Assembly: GCA_963514005.1 (NCBI GenBank)
Contig: OY740814.1
Coordinates: 14,384,001-14,448,000, forward strand
Source of the DNA: Raja brachyura
Lineage: Eukaryota
Direction: 5' to 3'
Length of the DNA: 64,000 nucleotides
In this document: piece after piece, positions 50,432 to 64,000 of the stretch
Position numbering within the stretch: position 1 is the first letter of the stretch
Layout: every line of letters begins with the position of its first letter
The notes under the pieces: generated by a model
Databases searched by the model: none
What the model saw: the letters and a program-made list of their open reading frames with translations, nothing else
What the model was told of the DNA's origin: nothing
Program-made: the position numbers and the translations under genes

Positions 50432-53400
50432 CTGTTTAAAAAACAGAAAATAGACAAGAGAAACATTACATTAACATTAAGAAAGGTTGAACTAAAAATG
50501 AGACCAAGTATTTAAATCAAATGGCACTCCTTTCACCTTACACAGTAGTCTGGAGATGCACGTTGAACATCCTCCTCTCACATTAACAACTTTATGTGGC
50601 TTTAATGTTTTAAAGAACAGAGCAGATTTATTAAGCCATCATGATGCTTACATTTCTCGTGTATAATTAGAACTGGTTCTCTGTTCATCCCCATGTAATT
50701 GTATCCTCGACTTCCTCATCGCCAGACCACGATCAGTACGAATTGTCCTCTTTGACCCCCAGCAAGCGCACTGACATCACAAGGCTGCAAGCTCAGGCCA
50801 TTGTCTACTTGTTCTATACCCATGACTCTGTAACCAGACGCAGCTCCAATGCCATTTTTTAAATACCTCGACAATAGCACCATTGGTGGATGAATAACCG
50901 ATAATGATGAGTCAGAGTATATGTAGGAGGGGAGTAGGGATTTAGATAATTTGATTGAATGGTGTCAGAATAACAATCTTTATCTTAATATTAGCAAGAT
51001 CAAGGAGCTGATTGTTGACTTCAAGAAGAGAATGTACAGGATTCATGAACCTGTGTTCATCGATGGGATGGCAGTGGAAAGTGCCACCACATTCAAGTTC
51101 CTGGGCGTGCACATCTCTTCAGATCTATCCTGTGCCCAACACATTGATGCAATCACAGTCATCACGTCTCCACTTCTTCAGAAGTTGAGGACGTGGCATG
51201 TTGCTGAAAACTCTATCGAGCTTCCTCATGTGTATAGTAGAAAGTATATTGATGGGTTGCATCATGGCCTAGTTCAGTAACTCAACAGCCCAAGAAAGGA
51301 GGAGGCTGCATAAAGTGGTGGATGCTGCCTGGTCCAACACAGGTACTGATCTCCCCAACACTGAAGGGATCTAGAGGAAACATTGCCTCAACAAGGCAGC
51401 TAATATCATCAAAGATCTACACCACCCTGGCCACGCTCTCATCTCATTAGTACCATCGGGAAGAAGGTATAGGAGCCTGAGAACCATGACCTCCAGAACA
51501 GCTCCTTCTGGAACTCCTCCATCAGGTTCTTAAACCACAACGCACAACCCCAACCACATCCCTATCACAGCAATGAACTACTATGGACTTTGCATAGGTT
51601 GCACTATATACTTTGGACCTCTCTGTTCATGTCTGGTTACCTAGTAATAATTGATAACTTATTGAATTATTGCTTATTGCATATTTACTTGTTCTGTTGC
51701 TGTGTTAATGTGTCTGTAAAGCTGTAGCAAGAAAGAAATTGATTGTTCCATTCCTGGTGTACATGATAATTAAACAAACTTGTCCCTTAGCTTTATCTTG
51801 GAGTTGAGGCTTTGTTTTCGCTGATGCAGTAAGTTACACTGGCTAACATCCCTTTCAGGTCAAAAAGAGTCCATACGACTCAGTGACAACACCCACCTCC
51901 TCACTGGTATTCAGCAAAGGAGAGGAAGGCAAAGGAAAGGAGAAGATAGGGCAAGGAAAGGTCAAAAGATGCATTGTTCCATTGAAAGACACTGTGCTAT
52001 GACAGTTTTGATCAGCATAACTTGTGGCATCTCTAAGTGCCCTGGTGTGATGTGTTCCACATACAGAATATGGGTTTACAAAAACATTTTTTAACAATGG
52101 ATTTTAAAATGTCTATGTTGGTCAGTAGGACCAACCTTCATAAAGCTGAAAGGAATTGCAGAATATAGGTAAATTAGCAAAATCTTTACCATCCTCAGTC
52201 ATTTTATTCTCCGTTAGTGATGTCATTCAGAAATTGATACTAACAGTCTGCAGATTTCCTCTTACAGTACTTGCGATTAAGTATTTGACCTTGGTTATTT
52301 AATTCACTGGTGAATAAAATTGCCATGCTTTCACTGACAAGCACCAATGGCTCAAAGTACTGACACATATCAGTTAACCTAGTTTAATTAGGTCAAAACA
52401 GATTATCTAATTATAAAAAGATTAACAGATTAGTATCAGTTGAGTTTACACGGGAGTACTGATAACCTTTCCATGGTTTGCACAGGGCACTGGATATTTC
52501 TAGTTCTTAATGAACAGTTTGGAAAATCTTAAACACTGTAAGAAACATTACCTATATCTATGTTGTCCTTCCCAAGAGCAACAAGCGAAAGGAACAGAAT
52601 TTCCCTGTAGAGACTCCTTCAAAGAAGAAATTAAAACAAATTAAAAAATGGCAAAAAATTATCCTGCAATTTCTTGTTAAATATTTTTCTAAATCAATTC
52701 TTACTTTATATCACTATGTAGGGTGAATTATAAAATTACTTCATGCTCGACAGAGAACAATGTTCGAGAAAGAGAAGACCAGAGTCACTCATTTAATTCC
52801 CAGGGCATAACTCAGCATCTGAATTAGAATCAATTAACATGCCATGAAGACCAAGAGTTGAAATAGAATTAATTGCACTGGAAGCTTGAAATGTGAAAAA
52901 GGTATCCTCTGTGCTTGAAATATAAAAGGTGAATTGTGAGTGGGCCACTATGCGTTTAAATAGCTCCATTCTTACCTTTGTCGCTTAAGATTTGTTTGTA
53001 TGCTCAATACATCCAGAAGTTTACTCATAGGTTTATAGATGTCGTTCATCTGAATGCTTCTAACAATGCTGTCTAGAAAATCCTTGTTAAATAAGTGGCC
53101 CTCATCCCGCAGGGTGTGAACAAGTGAACGCTTTTCAGCTGTTAATTGGAAAATAAACACTTATCAATTCTGAATGCATTTGTTATTTTACCAAAGAAAA
53201 TGACAATGTATAATTTCTATTTTAATAATCTGCTTGTTCTAATAGTAAAATGTAGCATCACGGACTCTAAAATTGTGATGGCGACGGGAATGCCTGTCAA
53301 AAGTAAAATACTTAACCTGTGACTCCTCTGAACTACTGCAATTCTTCCAAACTTTATTTTACTTTAGTTGTGGTTGGTAAATTTGGTAAGCCATTTTGTC

Positions 53401-56400
53401 CAGGATCCACCTTTGGGAAATTCATCTTCATCAAAGCCTGCAGGGAAACCACTGCCTCCTCACAGCTGTGATGAGGATACTGTTATGCAGGTACATTTCC
53501 TTTCAGACAGGAGAACCAAAACACATATATTGAGGAATTTGGTAAAGATAGTTTTATGTGGATATCTGTGTGTGGTCTCTCTTTGTCTTCCACACTCCTT
53601 TCCTTACCAATGTATTTCACAAGTGAGATTAGTGTGTGTCTGATGTAACTGCAATTCATGAAAGCGAGTAATATTTTTTCACCAGTCTGTTTCAATCTCA
53701 CTACATCTTTGGTTAACATCTGTTTACATTTCTCATTCACCTCTATAAAAGGAACTTGGAGTTGTTTTGCATTTGCTTTATCTGGAATAGCTAATCATTT
53801 ATGGTATATTTATTTGTTCTGTTGTTGCATTGATGCAACATGGTTGCATAAATCTGCAGCTAATAAGAATTGCATTGTTCCAGTCCTATGCATATGACAA
53901 TTAAATATTCTTGACTCTTAATTTCTCCTAAATTTCTTCTCTGCATCGCTGCTTGCTGCTTGTTATCAATTCCTTGGGTTAGCAAATAGATTCATGATCC
54001 AAAATAAAATGTGTCCATTTTGTAATAAAGGGAGACCAAAGTCACGCAAAGTGAGAATCGGGATAAGGCTGGTGGGAGGGAAGGAGCAAAAACAAAACCA
54101 TATCACAATTTATGATACAAGAGTTTTCACACCAGTAAAACACTTGCATTGATTCTAATTTTTGCCTCTGCTCAATATGATCAAGAAAGATTAAAATTCC
54201 ATGTTAGTCCATACACAGAAAGAATTGTGAGATGAACTAATGCATGTTATCCACGCTATCAGAGGCACCGACTCGAGGAACTTAGTGATTACTAGCATGA
54301 CAACATGCATTAGATAACTTCATAACATTATACAGAACGATTACTAGAAGGCTTTAGATGTAGTACAAGTTCGCACTGCATATATTTCAAAATCAATGCA
54401 ATTTAAAATATGAGATAGAAAATGATTTGGAACCAGCAACGAACTCCCTGGCATAGAAAACCTCACAATTAATGTTTAAACATGATTAAAATAATTATTG
54501 GTAGGACATTTTTTCTCCAAGTAAATGAAGCTTCTACTTGAAAGAAAATGATGACTAGATCAAGTGCTCACAATAGATCAAGAATAAATTTAACACTCAC
54601 TCTGAAATAAAAGAGTGTAATTAAGACCTGTGAAGACACAGAAAGTTGGGTTAGTCACAATCAGATTAGATCACAAATCAACTGTGTTTGAGGAACTGCT
54701 GGTTAAAAATTTAACTTTCCCTCTTTTTTTCTAATGCTTTGAAATAATCCGGCACCAAGTATTGCTTCGCATTTGTGAGGTTGTGAATATGCTTCACTCG
54801 CACATATTATTCCAGCCACCAGCTTACAGAGTGGCTGAAGTGAAGTGCTCCTCTTGTTAATGAATTGAAACGTATTTTTTACATGAGAAGCAAAAATACT
54901 TTTCAATTTTAACTATATGCCCAAAACTCTTGGCTTGTTAAGAAGCATTTGCTACTCAGGTCTATTTCTGAGAATCACAGAACAGATAAGACACAGTAAA
55001 GGGGGCACTGTTCCATTTTGTTTGTGCTCAGTTTTGAGTTACCCAGCCTAAAGCCACACTTTAAGCACCATGTCTCTGATTCTGCAGCTGGACTCTTCAA
55101 GTATATGTTCAAATACCGATAATATCTGAGGAGGTTTTCTGCCCTACCACTAGAAACTGCCACTTTCTGGTTGAGTTATCCCCCCCCCCAGCTCTCTCTA
55201 AGGGTTCGAACTATTACTTTCAATCTAGGTTCTGCGTTGATAATACCTTTGTAAAGCTATATAGTTCCTTCCTATTTACTTTACTGGGCCTCTCATTATA
55301 CTAGACCTTGAGCCCAGTTCCCTCAGTTTTTAGGAAGGCAGTCAACAACAAGTTAAAAGACAGAAAAGTGACATTGCTGTTCTCATTGCCACAAAGCTCT
55401 GTGAGTATGAGCAACAAATCTGTGACACTAAAATAAAATCAAATGGTTATTATATCTGAAACTAAAGCGTAGTTTGCAAATAAACTGGTCAAAATCAAAT
55501 GCCACGGGAGGCTGGTGCAGTTATTTGCTTGTGCCAGAGGAGGGAAAAATATTGCAAGCAAGGGCCTATCCGTTAACATCCTAAAATACTAGAACCTAGT
55601 TCTAGGTGATGATGCATCTACTGAGAGGTTCAACTGGAAATAGCCTCGAGTAAAACAGCAAGGTTTGAAAAGTCTTTAACATTTTTAAGAATGAAGTGCA
55701 ACGTATGGTAAATGACAATAACTATGCTGACATACAAAGAAGATACCAGTAACTACTTAAATCATGTACGTCCTTTGACACAAAAAAAGGTATTTTGAGT
55801 TATTTCAGAAATAGTCAATCAGTCAAAAGTTGGAACCCAGACATTAAAGAAGGGGAAAGCAAATTTAAACTGGAGATGAGAATTCTTGAAGTGCAGAGAT
55901 CTGAAGGATTTTAGGGTTGGTAAAAATTAAAGAGATACGCCAGGTTTGAACAATAAGGGGGATGATGTGGTCAGAGGTATGGGTGCTGAAGAAGGGGGCA
56001 GATTAGATTCACATGAGGGCAGCAAATATTTGGATTATGTTTATGGAGGATGGAAAAAGACAATATCCAACAGTGTGTTGGAATAGTCCAGACTGAATCA
56101 AACCCAAAATAAATAGTATAAAACTGGGATAGGTGGTCATACTGACCACTAATAAACAAAAATTACTTCAGTAATCAAGTCAACAATATTACTGATGCAC
56201 AATTGTGGAATCAATTGAACATCAAACATATTAATTAATTTTGTATTTCCTTTTCCTAATAAAGATCAGGGTACAATTATCAGTTACATTTTCACTCACT
56301 CTTAGCATTCCAGAGGATGTAGAAAGGTTGGCTGCAATCTTGATGCAATTTCAGATTGTCCCACAGCATCTGAATCAGGACGTGTTTGCTGTCTTCTGAC

Positions 56401-59400
56401 ATCCAACTTCGAGGGATCTGTGAAACAGCATCATTAATGCATGCCAGAGGTTTGAGCACAAACCTTGCAACACTTCTCAACTCAAAAAAAACACATTAAC
56501 ATCTATAAATAATTATGTCAAATAAAACAATCTATGATTATGAGATGGAACTGGGTAACCTTAATGGGATCAGAGCTGCACATCGTGCAGTTTGACATGT
56601 ATCAGCAAGGGACTCAACATAAAGCTAGTTGGTCAGATAGTGCCTTTGCAGCAATTAGTCAGTGGGAGCAGAAAGTGGATAGTCGTTGCTCTGCACTTTT
56701 ACTTACAATAGTCTGCTGTTGATAAGATTTTGTATAGTTTGAATTTTTAGCACTATGAACCTATTAATCCAATTACAGACATGATTCTCCCACACTTGGG
56801 ATACAATTAACGAAGGAAAGCAGAACTGAGGACTAAATACTTACATATTTACTCTTGACTGGCAGAAGTGACAATTCTTAAATAGTGTGCTGCACATCAT
56901 TAAAAAAATAATTCATTGCATGTGGACATGGTTGCAAGACGTGTTTGGTACTACTCATTGATTACCTTCGAGAACATGTTGCTGGCCAACTTTCCTGAGT
57001 CTGTGCTTCTGGTCGAGGTGCTCTCACTGTCATTAGATAGGGAGTTCCAGGACATATCCAACAATACGAGATATATTTATAAATCAGATTGCCACCATGT
57101 TCCTATGTCTTTGCTATCATGTTGCGGCATAGTATTAATGGATAATATACACTATGGCTATGGTGTGCCAATGATCCAGAGAATGTATGTTCAGGGTGCT
57201 GGATGGGCCACTAAACAAGTATTCTTTCTTATTCTGGATGATGCCAAGCTTCAATATGGTTGAAATTGCATTCATCCAGGGAAGTAGAGAGCATTGTTGA
57301 GTCTTACAGATGGTGGAGAGATTTAGGGGAATCCAAACACTCTTATTGGTCACAGGATTTATGGTGTCTGGCCACTCGTGATCCTGTGAAACTGACAGTA
57401 CTACATTGAAACTTCAAATGGAGTAAATAAATTCTTCCTTTCTTGAGAATACTATTGTCTATTATTTGAGTGGTGCAAGTGTTACGTGCCACAATGGCCA
57501 AGTCCGAATGTTACCGGGATTTTGCTATCATTATCTGATGAGGTGCAAGTGAATTAACAATGCAATCAGGATCAGTATCACTTCTGCTTGGCTTTTGTGC
57601 ATTTTCTCTTTCATAGACAATGCAAGCCCCTAATGAACATAATACAACACTCAAGAGCTTTTCCTACCGATGGCTTACCGTCACACCTTTGTTGCAGTGT
57701 TCTGAAGTTAGCACAAGTCCAGGCAAGTTGGTGGGCAGATCAATCCGACGGAAATACCACACCAAATTCCAGAATACTATTGGATGCTGATCCACAAATG
57801 ATGCCATGGATATCACTTGATCACCTTCATTCTCGAGCAAACTTTCCAGCTCTTTCCACAACACTAAGGGGCTCAGGTATGGGACTGTTATAGGGTCAGG
57901 ATGTGTTAACTGCCATTCCAAGTCCAATGGATCCTTGAAAAATGAATAACAGTGGCGGTGAAATTTATTCCATGCCAGCCCCTTCAGAAAATCATTCTGC
58001 TGGAAAATTAAACATTCTGAAAAACTCATTTGAACAGATCCATTAAACATCATTTTTTCTGACTGGCTTTAAATTTATAGTAAGTGACAAACATGAAATT
58101 ATTTGAATAAAAGGCACCGCCTATAGATGCTTCTTGCCCATTACTGATCCTGCTCCATATCTTTAACTCTGTCCACAGCCATAATCATGCACTATTCCAA
58201 TATGTAGTTTTTAAATCTCCAAAGTTTCCAAAATGACATGACATAACTCCAGATACCTTTGAATCGTTCAGATTGGTGGGCAAGCTGCCTGTTGGAACAG
58301 TGTGGATGTGTCGCCATGGACCAGACTCCTCAGCCATGCAGCTGTATCCACTGACGCTTCTTGCAATCGGCTGGCCCAAAGGAAAGGACTCACTGATCCC
58401 ACGCCATCGATCTGAAGGAATCTGAATGCTTCTTGGTGAAGAAGGCTGGACACAACTGACAAGAAATAGATATTGATGGATAAATTGCCCACTTCAATTC
58501 TTATAATGAACTCCTGATTAGTACTAGAGTCAGTTATTAATTAGGGATACAGGCCTTTCGGCCACACCAACAAAGTTATCTACTTCAGCTAGAACCATTT
58601 ACCTGCATCAAGCCGATTCCCGTCTAAAAGTTTCCAATCCATGTACCTGTCCAAATGTCTTTTAAACATTATAATTGTAGCCATCTCTACCACTTTCTCT
58701 GGCAGCTTGTTCTCAAAGTGGCATAAGGATATACTGTCTATGTAGAAAACTTGCCCCTTAGGTCCCCTTTAAACGTTTCCCCTCTCATTATAAATCTATG
58801 TCCTCTAGGTTTAGATTCTCATACCCCGAGAAAAAGACTGATCATTCATCTTATCTAAACCTTCATAATTTAATATACCTCAATAAGGTTACCCCTCAGT
58901 CTCCTATACACTAGGGAATAAAATCCAAACCTATCCAACCTCTCCTTGAAACTCAAGCCCTGCATCCTGGCAACATGATTGTGAATCTTCTCTGCACAGT
59001 TTCCAGCTAAATGACATCCTTCCTATAGCTGGGTGACCAGGAATGTACAACATACTCCAGGTATGATCTCACCAACATCTTGTAGAGATGTACATGACAT
59101 CTCAACTAGTATTCAATGCCTTGATTGATGAAGACCAGCATGCCAATGGCTTCTTCACCACCCTGTATATTTGTGTTGCCACTTTCAGAAAATTATGTAT
59201 TTGAGACATATGTGCAATGAAGACAAACACTGACACAAATGTATGAGCTTGTGAATCAAGGTCTCCAAGGTCTATCGCGTAACTCAGGGCAGAGAAGTTT
59301 AATCTAGAAGTCTAGACTGTGAGAGCACATGGCTCCTTATTCAGTGTCCAGAGGTGAGTGGTACAACAATTAAAAGCGTGAGTGTGGCATCATAGTACAA

Positions 59401-62400
59401 GTTGAGAATTGACATGCTTTGTTATGGAAAGGTTATGTAGCTTTTTAAAACTTCTGAGTTAAAAGCATTCCTCGTCTTTGGGATGTCTCAAAGTGTATTA
59501 CAGGTAGCAAGGAACTTTTCCAGTATAATCATTGTTGTAATAAAAGACAAATTGTAATTCATTTCTTTACAGCAAGCTCCCTCTAACAACAATAAAATAA
59601 TGACATGATAGCAGTTCAAGAAAGTGGTTAAAAAGCATACAAGATCCTGGGCTTGATAAATAAGGGCAATAAGCACAAGGGCAAGGCAGTCATGGTGGAA
59701 GTTCATAAAACTTTGCTCTGGCCATTACTGCACAATTGCCTTCGGCTATGTTTGCCATATTCTAGGAAAGATGGGAGGGTTTGAGATAGGGTGCAGAAGA
59801 GATTCACAATGATTGTGTTTGATTCTGCACAACTGAAGAGCATTTGTTAAAATATGGAGACACAAATCAACAGATCCCTAACTCACAACCATAAAACCAT
59901 ACAGCTGAGTTGTAGGTTTGATAAGGATGAAGGAACAAGACTAGTTTTGCCAAGAGCCTGACATTTACCCTTGCATGTCTGGAACTTCCTGCACTGTAAT
60001 TCTTGGAGAGTGAGGCTTGTTGTCATCGTTCATATCCAGGCGAGGTGGGGAGACCGTGAAGTTCTTAACTCCTCGGCAAGACTGCATGGACTGCAAATTC
60101 TGTACATTTTCTGCAGATGCACTGGATTTCAGAAAATATCTAATAAAATAAAATAAAAAACAATAGTGTACTTTCTTGGATTAATTAAATTCTAGAAAAT
60201 GATCAGTTATGAATGAGCAAAATGACATGGGAAGAAAGCCCAAAACAAAAAGCTGAAAGCGGGGCAGTTTGTTTCGATTGTCACCGTTAAGTTGTTTCTA
60301 TGACTCCGTTCAACAAATAAGCTTTCAAAAGAAACACACTAAACTGAAGCATGCACTCTTTGAGGCCATGCACTCACATTACCAATCTTCACTCAAACAC
60401 AATAAAGCATAAATTCACTTGTATTCTACATCAGGCATCAGAAATAAATTACCTGCCCGGTCCTCGTAGATCTTTGATTTCAATTCCCAGGAAAGGAAGG
60501 AACAAGTTGCCACAGAACGGACATTTTGTGTTGAGGTTAGAGTCATCTGCAGTCCAGCCAGCCATTATTTCTTCATCGTATACCAGTGAGTCACAAGTTC
60601 GACATCGGGAACAGCTGGAGATAAGAATCTGGAAATATGAACAAGCAGCACTCAGGGCAATGGGTCTTTAAGATAAGACTCTGTACTATTAACAACTTTG
60701 AAACTTGAAGGGCACAAGTTGGTGCCAGAAACGTGGTGACTATTTGTATACTACCTACAAATACACTACATAATTATGCATTTGGACTTATCTATGTTCG
60801 TGGTTATCTATAGTCTGATGTTACCGGGTTGTATGCAAAACAAGAGTTTCACTGTGCCTAGGTACATATGACAATAAAGTATAATTGGATCATTGAACTA
60901 ATATCTTGGGGTGGTCACCATTGACCAAAATGTCAACAGTAATAGCCACATGAATATTGTGGTATTAATATAACAGCAGGTCAGAGGCAGTGAATGACTC
61001 ACTCCCAAGGGCCTTCCACCATGTATATGGACATGTTAGGAATGTGCTGGAATACTCTTCACTTGACTTCTAGAGGGGTGTGACATGAACAACTCCAAGA
61101 AGCTTTACACCATCGAAGAAAACAACCCATTGATTGGCACTCCACCAACCACTCTACAAGTTAATTTCCTCCATCAATGGCTATATACCATTTACAAAAT
61201 GCACTGCAGTTGTTCACCCTGATTACAACAGAAATTCTCAAACCCTCAGCATCTAAAAACAAAAAGGCTCCCTTCAAATCATACATTGTGCAAACCTTGT
61301 GTAAATCTCCCATTCTTCGTCACCACAGGGGGATTACCACTGTCTCAATGGCAACAAGGGATGGGCAATAAAAGCTAGCCATGCCAGTAATGCTGAATTC
61401 CCAAAATGCATGAAAAGAAAACGCAATTCCTTCTCCCATCTAAGCCCTTCAGCGCTTAGAACCTTATCTACGCCTTGACCACCTTAAGAAACTCGGCTTC
61501 TTCAATACTGTTCTCATCAACCTCCAAAACACAGACAGGCTGCGCTTGCCTCACACCCATCATTGCCAATCTTCCCAGTTTAAAATCCTTCTAAATGTCT
61601 CTACATCCTTGGGCCATGCCACCTCTGGAACTACTCTAGCTCAATGTGCTGGTTCACGCAAACCTGGTCTCCAGTAGTTCCCTCACTCCTGCTGACCCTC
61701 TCGATGCCAGAAGTTTCAGTCTCTTGGGTCCTGCTCTTTGAACTCCCTTATGCTTTGTTTATATTCTCCCCATTTTGGAAAGCCTGTCCAAATTCACATT
61801 TTAAACTGCTCCTCATTGGCTCTGAAATATTTTGTGATAGTGTTATACTCTCTTTCAACACACTTGCATTCTGATAGACAATGGAACAGCACAGGAACAG
61901 GCCTTTCAACCCACAATGTCTGTGCCAAACATGATGCCAAGTTAATGTGCCATGCCAGCATGTGATCCATGTCCCTCGATTCCCTTATATATCAATTTGC
62001 CTCTCTAAAAGCCTCTTAAACACCATTATCCTATCTGCTTCCACCACCACTGGCAGCACATTCCAGGCACCCACCAGTTTGTGTAAAAATGTTGCCCTAC
62101 ACATCTCCTTTAAACTTTTCCTCTCTGTCCTTCAAACAATGGCCTCTAGGCTTTTTACATATCTACCCTGGAAAATGTTTTGACTAGCTGCCCTATCTTT
62201 TCATCTCATGATTTTATATACTCGATTAAATCTCTCCTCACCTCCGATACACTATAGAAAACAATCCAAGTTTGTTCAACAGATCCTTCTACTTAATACT
62301 TTCTAATCCTTTCTGGTAAATTTCTTCTTCAACTTCTTCAAAGCAGCTGCATCCTTCCTTTAATGGGGAACCAGAACACAATTCTCTAAACACAATTAAC

Positions 62401-62705
62401 CAAAGTTTAAGAAAGCTACAACATGATTTCTTGATTCTAATACACAATGCCTTGACCAATGAATGCAAGCAACCCCACCGTATAGCTTAAGTTTACTGTG
62501 TGGGTAAACCTAAGTCACTCATCTATAAGCACAAGCTACATTTGCTTTCAAACAGAAGTGACAATACATGAGATAACTGCATGACAAGCTCAGGTTACCT
62601 CCATGGCATAGTTCTGGAAGATGCTGGTGCTGCTTGTATATCGAGAAGATCCAACATCTGATTTGTCTGGCAATGGAAAGTTGGAACTTGCTGACTGGGC
62701 ACTGC
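50295..62705 (-). CDS. DENND4A: DENN domain-containing protein 4A, 3' part of the gene (last 9 coding exons; gene continues beyond the window)
   Basis: Nine exons join in frame to give about 462 C-terminal residues: ...IFQNYAME|[12 protein letters not shown]...CPFCG...|YFLKSS...|[34 protein letters not shown]...|[15 protein letters not shown]|[12 protein letters not shown]...[12 protein letters not shown]. The ending matches the remembered DENND4A C-terminus, and the gene neighbours SLC24A1. Confidence 0.93.
50690..51785 (+). mobile_element. Degraded Rex1/Babar-like LINE in the last DENND4A intron
   Basis: [32 protein letters not shown] and [10 protein letters not shown] motifs. Confidence 0.8.
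52552..52616 (-). CDS. DENND4A: DENND4A exon ([21 protein letters not shown])
   Basis: Conserved DENND4 motif; 65 nt; phases consistent. Confidence 0.94.
52976..53138 (-). CDS. DENND4A: DENND4A exon (EKRSLVHTL...[16 protein letters not shown]...KRQR)
   Basis: SI.MND.Y.PMS and KRQR motifs; AG|GTAAG donor. Confidence 0.92.
56300..56417 (-). CDS. DENND4A: DENND4A exon ([39 protein letters not shown])
   Basis: Conserved motif; tttcacag acceptor, A|GTGAGT donor. Confidence 0.94.
57679..57933 (-). CDS. DENND4A: DENND4A exon ([38 protein letters not shown]...[10 protein letters not shown])
   Basis: Highly conserved DENND4 block; 255 nt, phase 0-0. Confidence 0.96.
58257..58455 (-). CDS. DENND4A: DENND4A exon (...RSIQIP...PIARSVS...[12 protein letters not shown])
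   Basis: RSIQIP, ARS.S and TGSLP motifs; phases consistent with neighbouring exons. Confidence 0.88.
58540..59190 (-). mobile_element. Old CR1 3' fragment in a DENND4A intron
   Basis: 'ccatgtacctgtccaaatgtcttttaaa', 'catactccaggtatgatctcaccaac'. Confidence 0.7.
59969..60139 (-). CDS. DENND4A: DENND4A exon ([13 protein letters not shown]...EVPDMQ)
   Basis: Acceptor ttttattag, donor GG|GTAAAT; RYFLKSS..EN motif; phase 2-2. Confidence 0.85.
60453..60628 (-). CDS. DENND4A: DENND4A exon ([58 protein letters not shown])
   Basis: Conserved DENND4 Cys-rich segment; AG/GT boundaries. Confidence 0.95.
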
Positions 62706-63300
62706 CTGAATACAAACAAAATCAGAAATAGAATTATAAATTAATCATCGCATTTTTTTAAACGGAGACCCACGTTTTTAACGGAACAATCACCCTTTTT
62801 GCATGTTGCAGTTGTACAATTGATATTAGTGAGGCCGTACTTGGAGAATTATGGCCAATTTTGACTGCCTTGCTGTAGGAAAGATGCCATTAAGCTGGAA
62901 ATAGCACAGATACATTTTATGAGGATTTTGCCAGGACTTGAGGGAGGGTTATAGGGAGAGGTTGGGCAGGCCTGTTCTTTATTTTTGTTGAGGATTGGGG
63001 ACTGAGGGGCAATCATATAGAGGTGTACAAAATTACGAGGTGCATAGATATAGTGCCAAAAGAGAATGGGCTTGAAGTGAGAGGGGATCGATTTAAAGGA
63101 ACCTGAGGGACACCCTTTTCACACAAAGTATGGAATGTATATGGAACGAGCTGAAATTGACTGAGGCGAGAAAATAATTAAATAACATTAGGAGAGGTAC
63201 ATGGATAGAAAAGGTTGAGAGGGATACAGGTCAAATATATACAATGAGACTGGCTTAGATGGGCATCGTGGTTGGCATTGACGAGTGCGTTGTGTGACTC
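61870..63300. mobile_element. Old CR1 fragments flanking a DENND4A exon (61870-62470 on -, 62800-63300 on +)
   Basis: Typical CR1 3' ORF and UTR words (gaggccgtacttggag, ttataggagaggttgg-like, ttccaggcacccacc). Confidence 0.65.
62599..62705 (-). CDS. DENND4A: DENND4A exon ([35 protein letters not shown])
   Basis: Acceptor gtattcag, donor GAG|GTAAC; conserved IFQNYAME. Confidence 0.85.
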
Positions 63301-64000
63301 TCTTGAGTCCATTTCAGATCAGGTCATTAAAGGACTTGTCAGCCTTCTACAGTCTAACTACTTTAGACCGCTGGTCAGTAGCACAAATTGAAACTATGCC
63401 GTTGAATACATCAGCAGCTGGTACACATTTGTATACTTTTCAATTCTTATATAAAAACTGAGTTTCATTAACAATTTACATTGCCATTTCACTCATGAAA
63501 CTTTCCTGAATTTATTTAACATGAAGAGAATCAAAATTAGGAATTGCCCTATCAGATTTAATGTGTAGCATTATTTGTTACAATCCACTAATAATCAATT
63601 TGCATTTTGTATCGCATAGTTATGGTAATGCCAGCTTGTAATGGCAGTTTAAATATTTTGAGATATTTACTTGGCAGAGTATATATACCCAGATTTTACC
63701 TGAAAAAAAACAAAAGAACTAAAGATGTTGGAAATCAGAAATAAGAATAGAAAATGCAGGAAATATTCAGTAGATTATGTAACATCAGTGGCTGAGAAGC
63801 AGAATTTGCATTTCAGATTAAACACCCAGATTATTCTTCAGCAGAGGCCTCAGTCTGCATCTGTTCCCATCTAAACAAAGTCACAGCTGACATGATGGTG
63901 AACTCTTCTTCCGCAGACATTTCTTTGACCAAGTCTTCACCCCAGACTTTACCTACCAATTTGTAATTGTTGCCTAGGAGTTCCATCGTGATTTCCAGAG

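Noticed and set aside
61630-61875. Exon-like stretch on the - strand in a DENND4A intron
   Set aside because: It has an in-frame stop, and the flanking exons already join directly (NYAME|ILISS).
63671-63699. Possible 29-nt DENND4A micro-exon (ttttcag...gtaaat on the - strand)
   Set aside because: The peptide is not recognisable, the phase fit is unconvincing, and the pyrimidine tract belongs to a repeat remnant.

Overview
Vertebrate genomic DNA, most likely a cartilaginous fish (skate/ray-like repeat landscape: HE1-type V-SINE, CR1 LINEs with (TTTCTATG)n tails, Penelope-derived hairpin elements). The window holds the complete coding region of SLC24A1/NCKX1, the rod Na+/Ca2+-K+ exchanger (+ strand, 9 coding exons, 17111-42326, about 780 aa). 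It also holds the last 9 coding exons of DENND4A (- strand, 62705 to 50295), arranged tail-to-tail as in other vertebrates. Introns and intergenic DNA are dense in transposable elements: a very young 5'-truncated CR1, many old CR1/L2/Rex-Babar fragments, Penelope remnants, a full-length dead Tc1 of the IR/DR type, and a Helitron-like element. There are two assembly gaps. The most notable observations are: a decayed R2-type retrotransposon with no flanking 28S rDNA; Penelope-derived inverted-repeat elements carrying hammerhead-ribozyme cores; a Tc1 resembling teleost/amphibian families (possible horizontal transfer); an unusual WW->YL change in a conserved NCKX segment; and candidate photoreceptor (CRX/RAX-motif) enhancers. 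All homology calls come from manual translation and remembered family motifs, not database searches.
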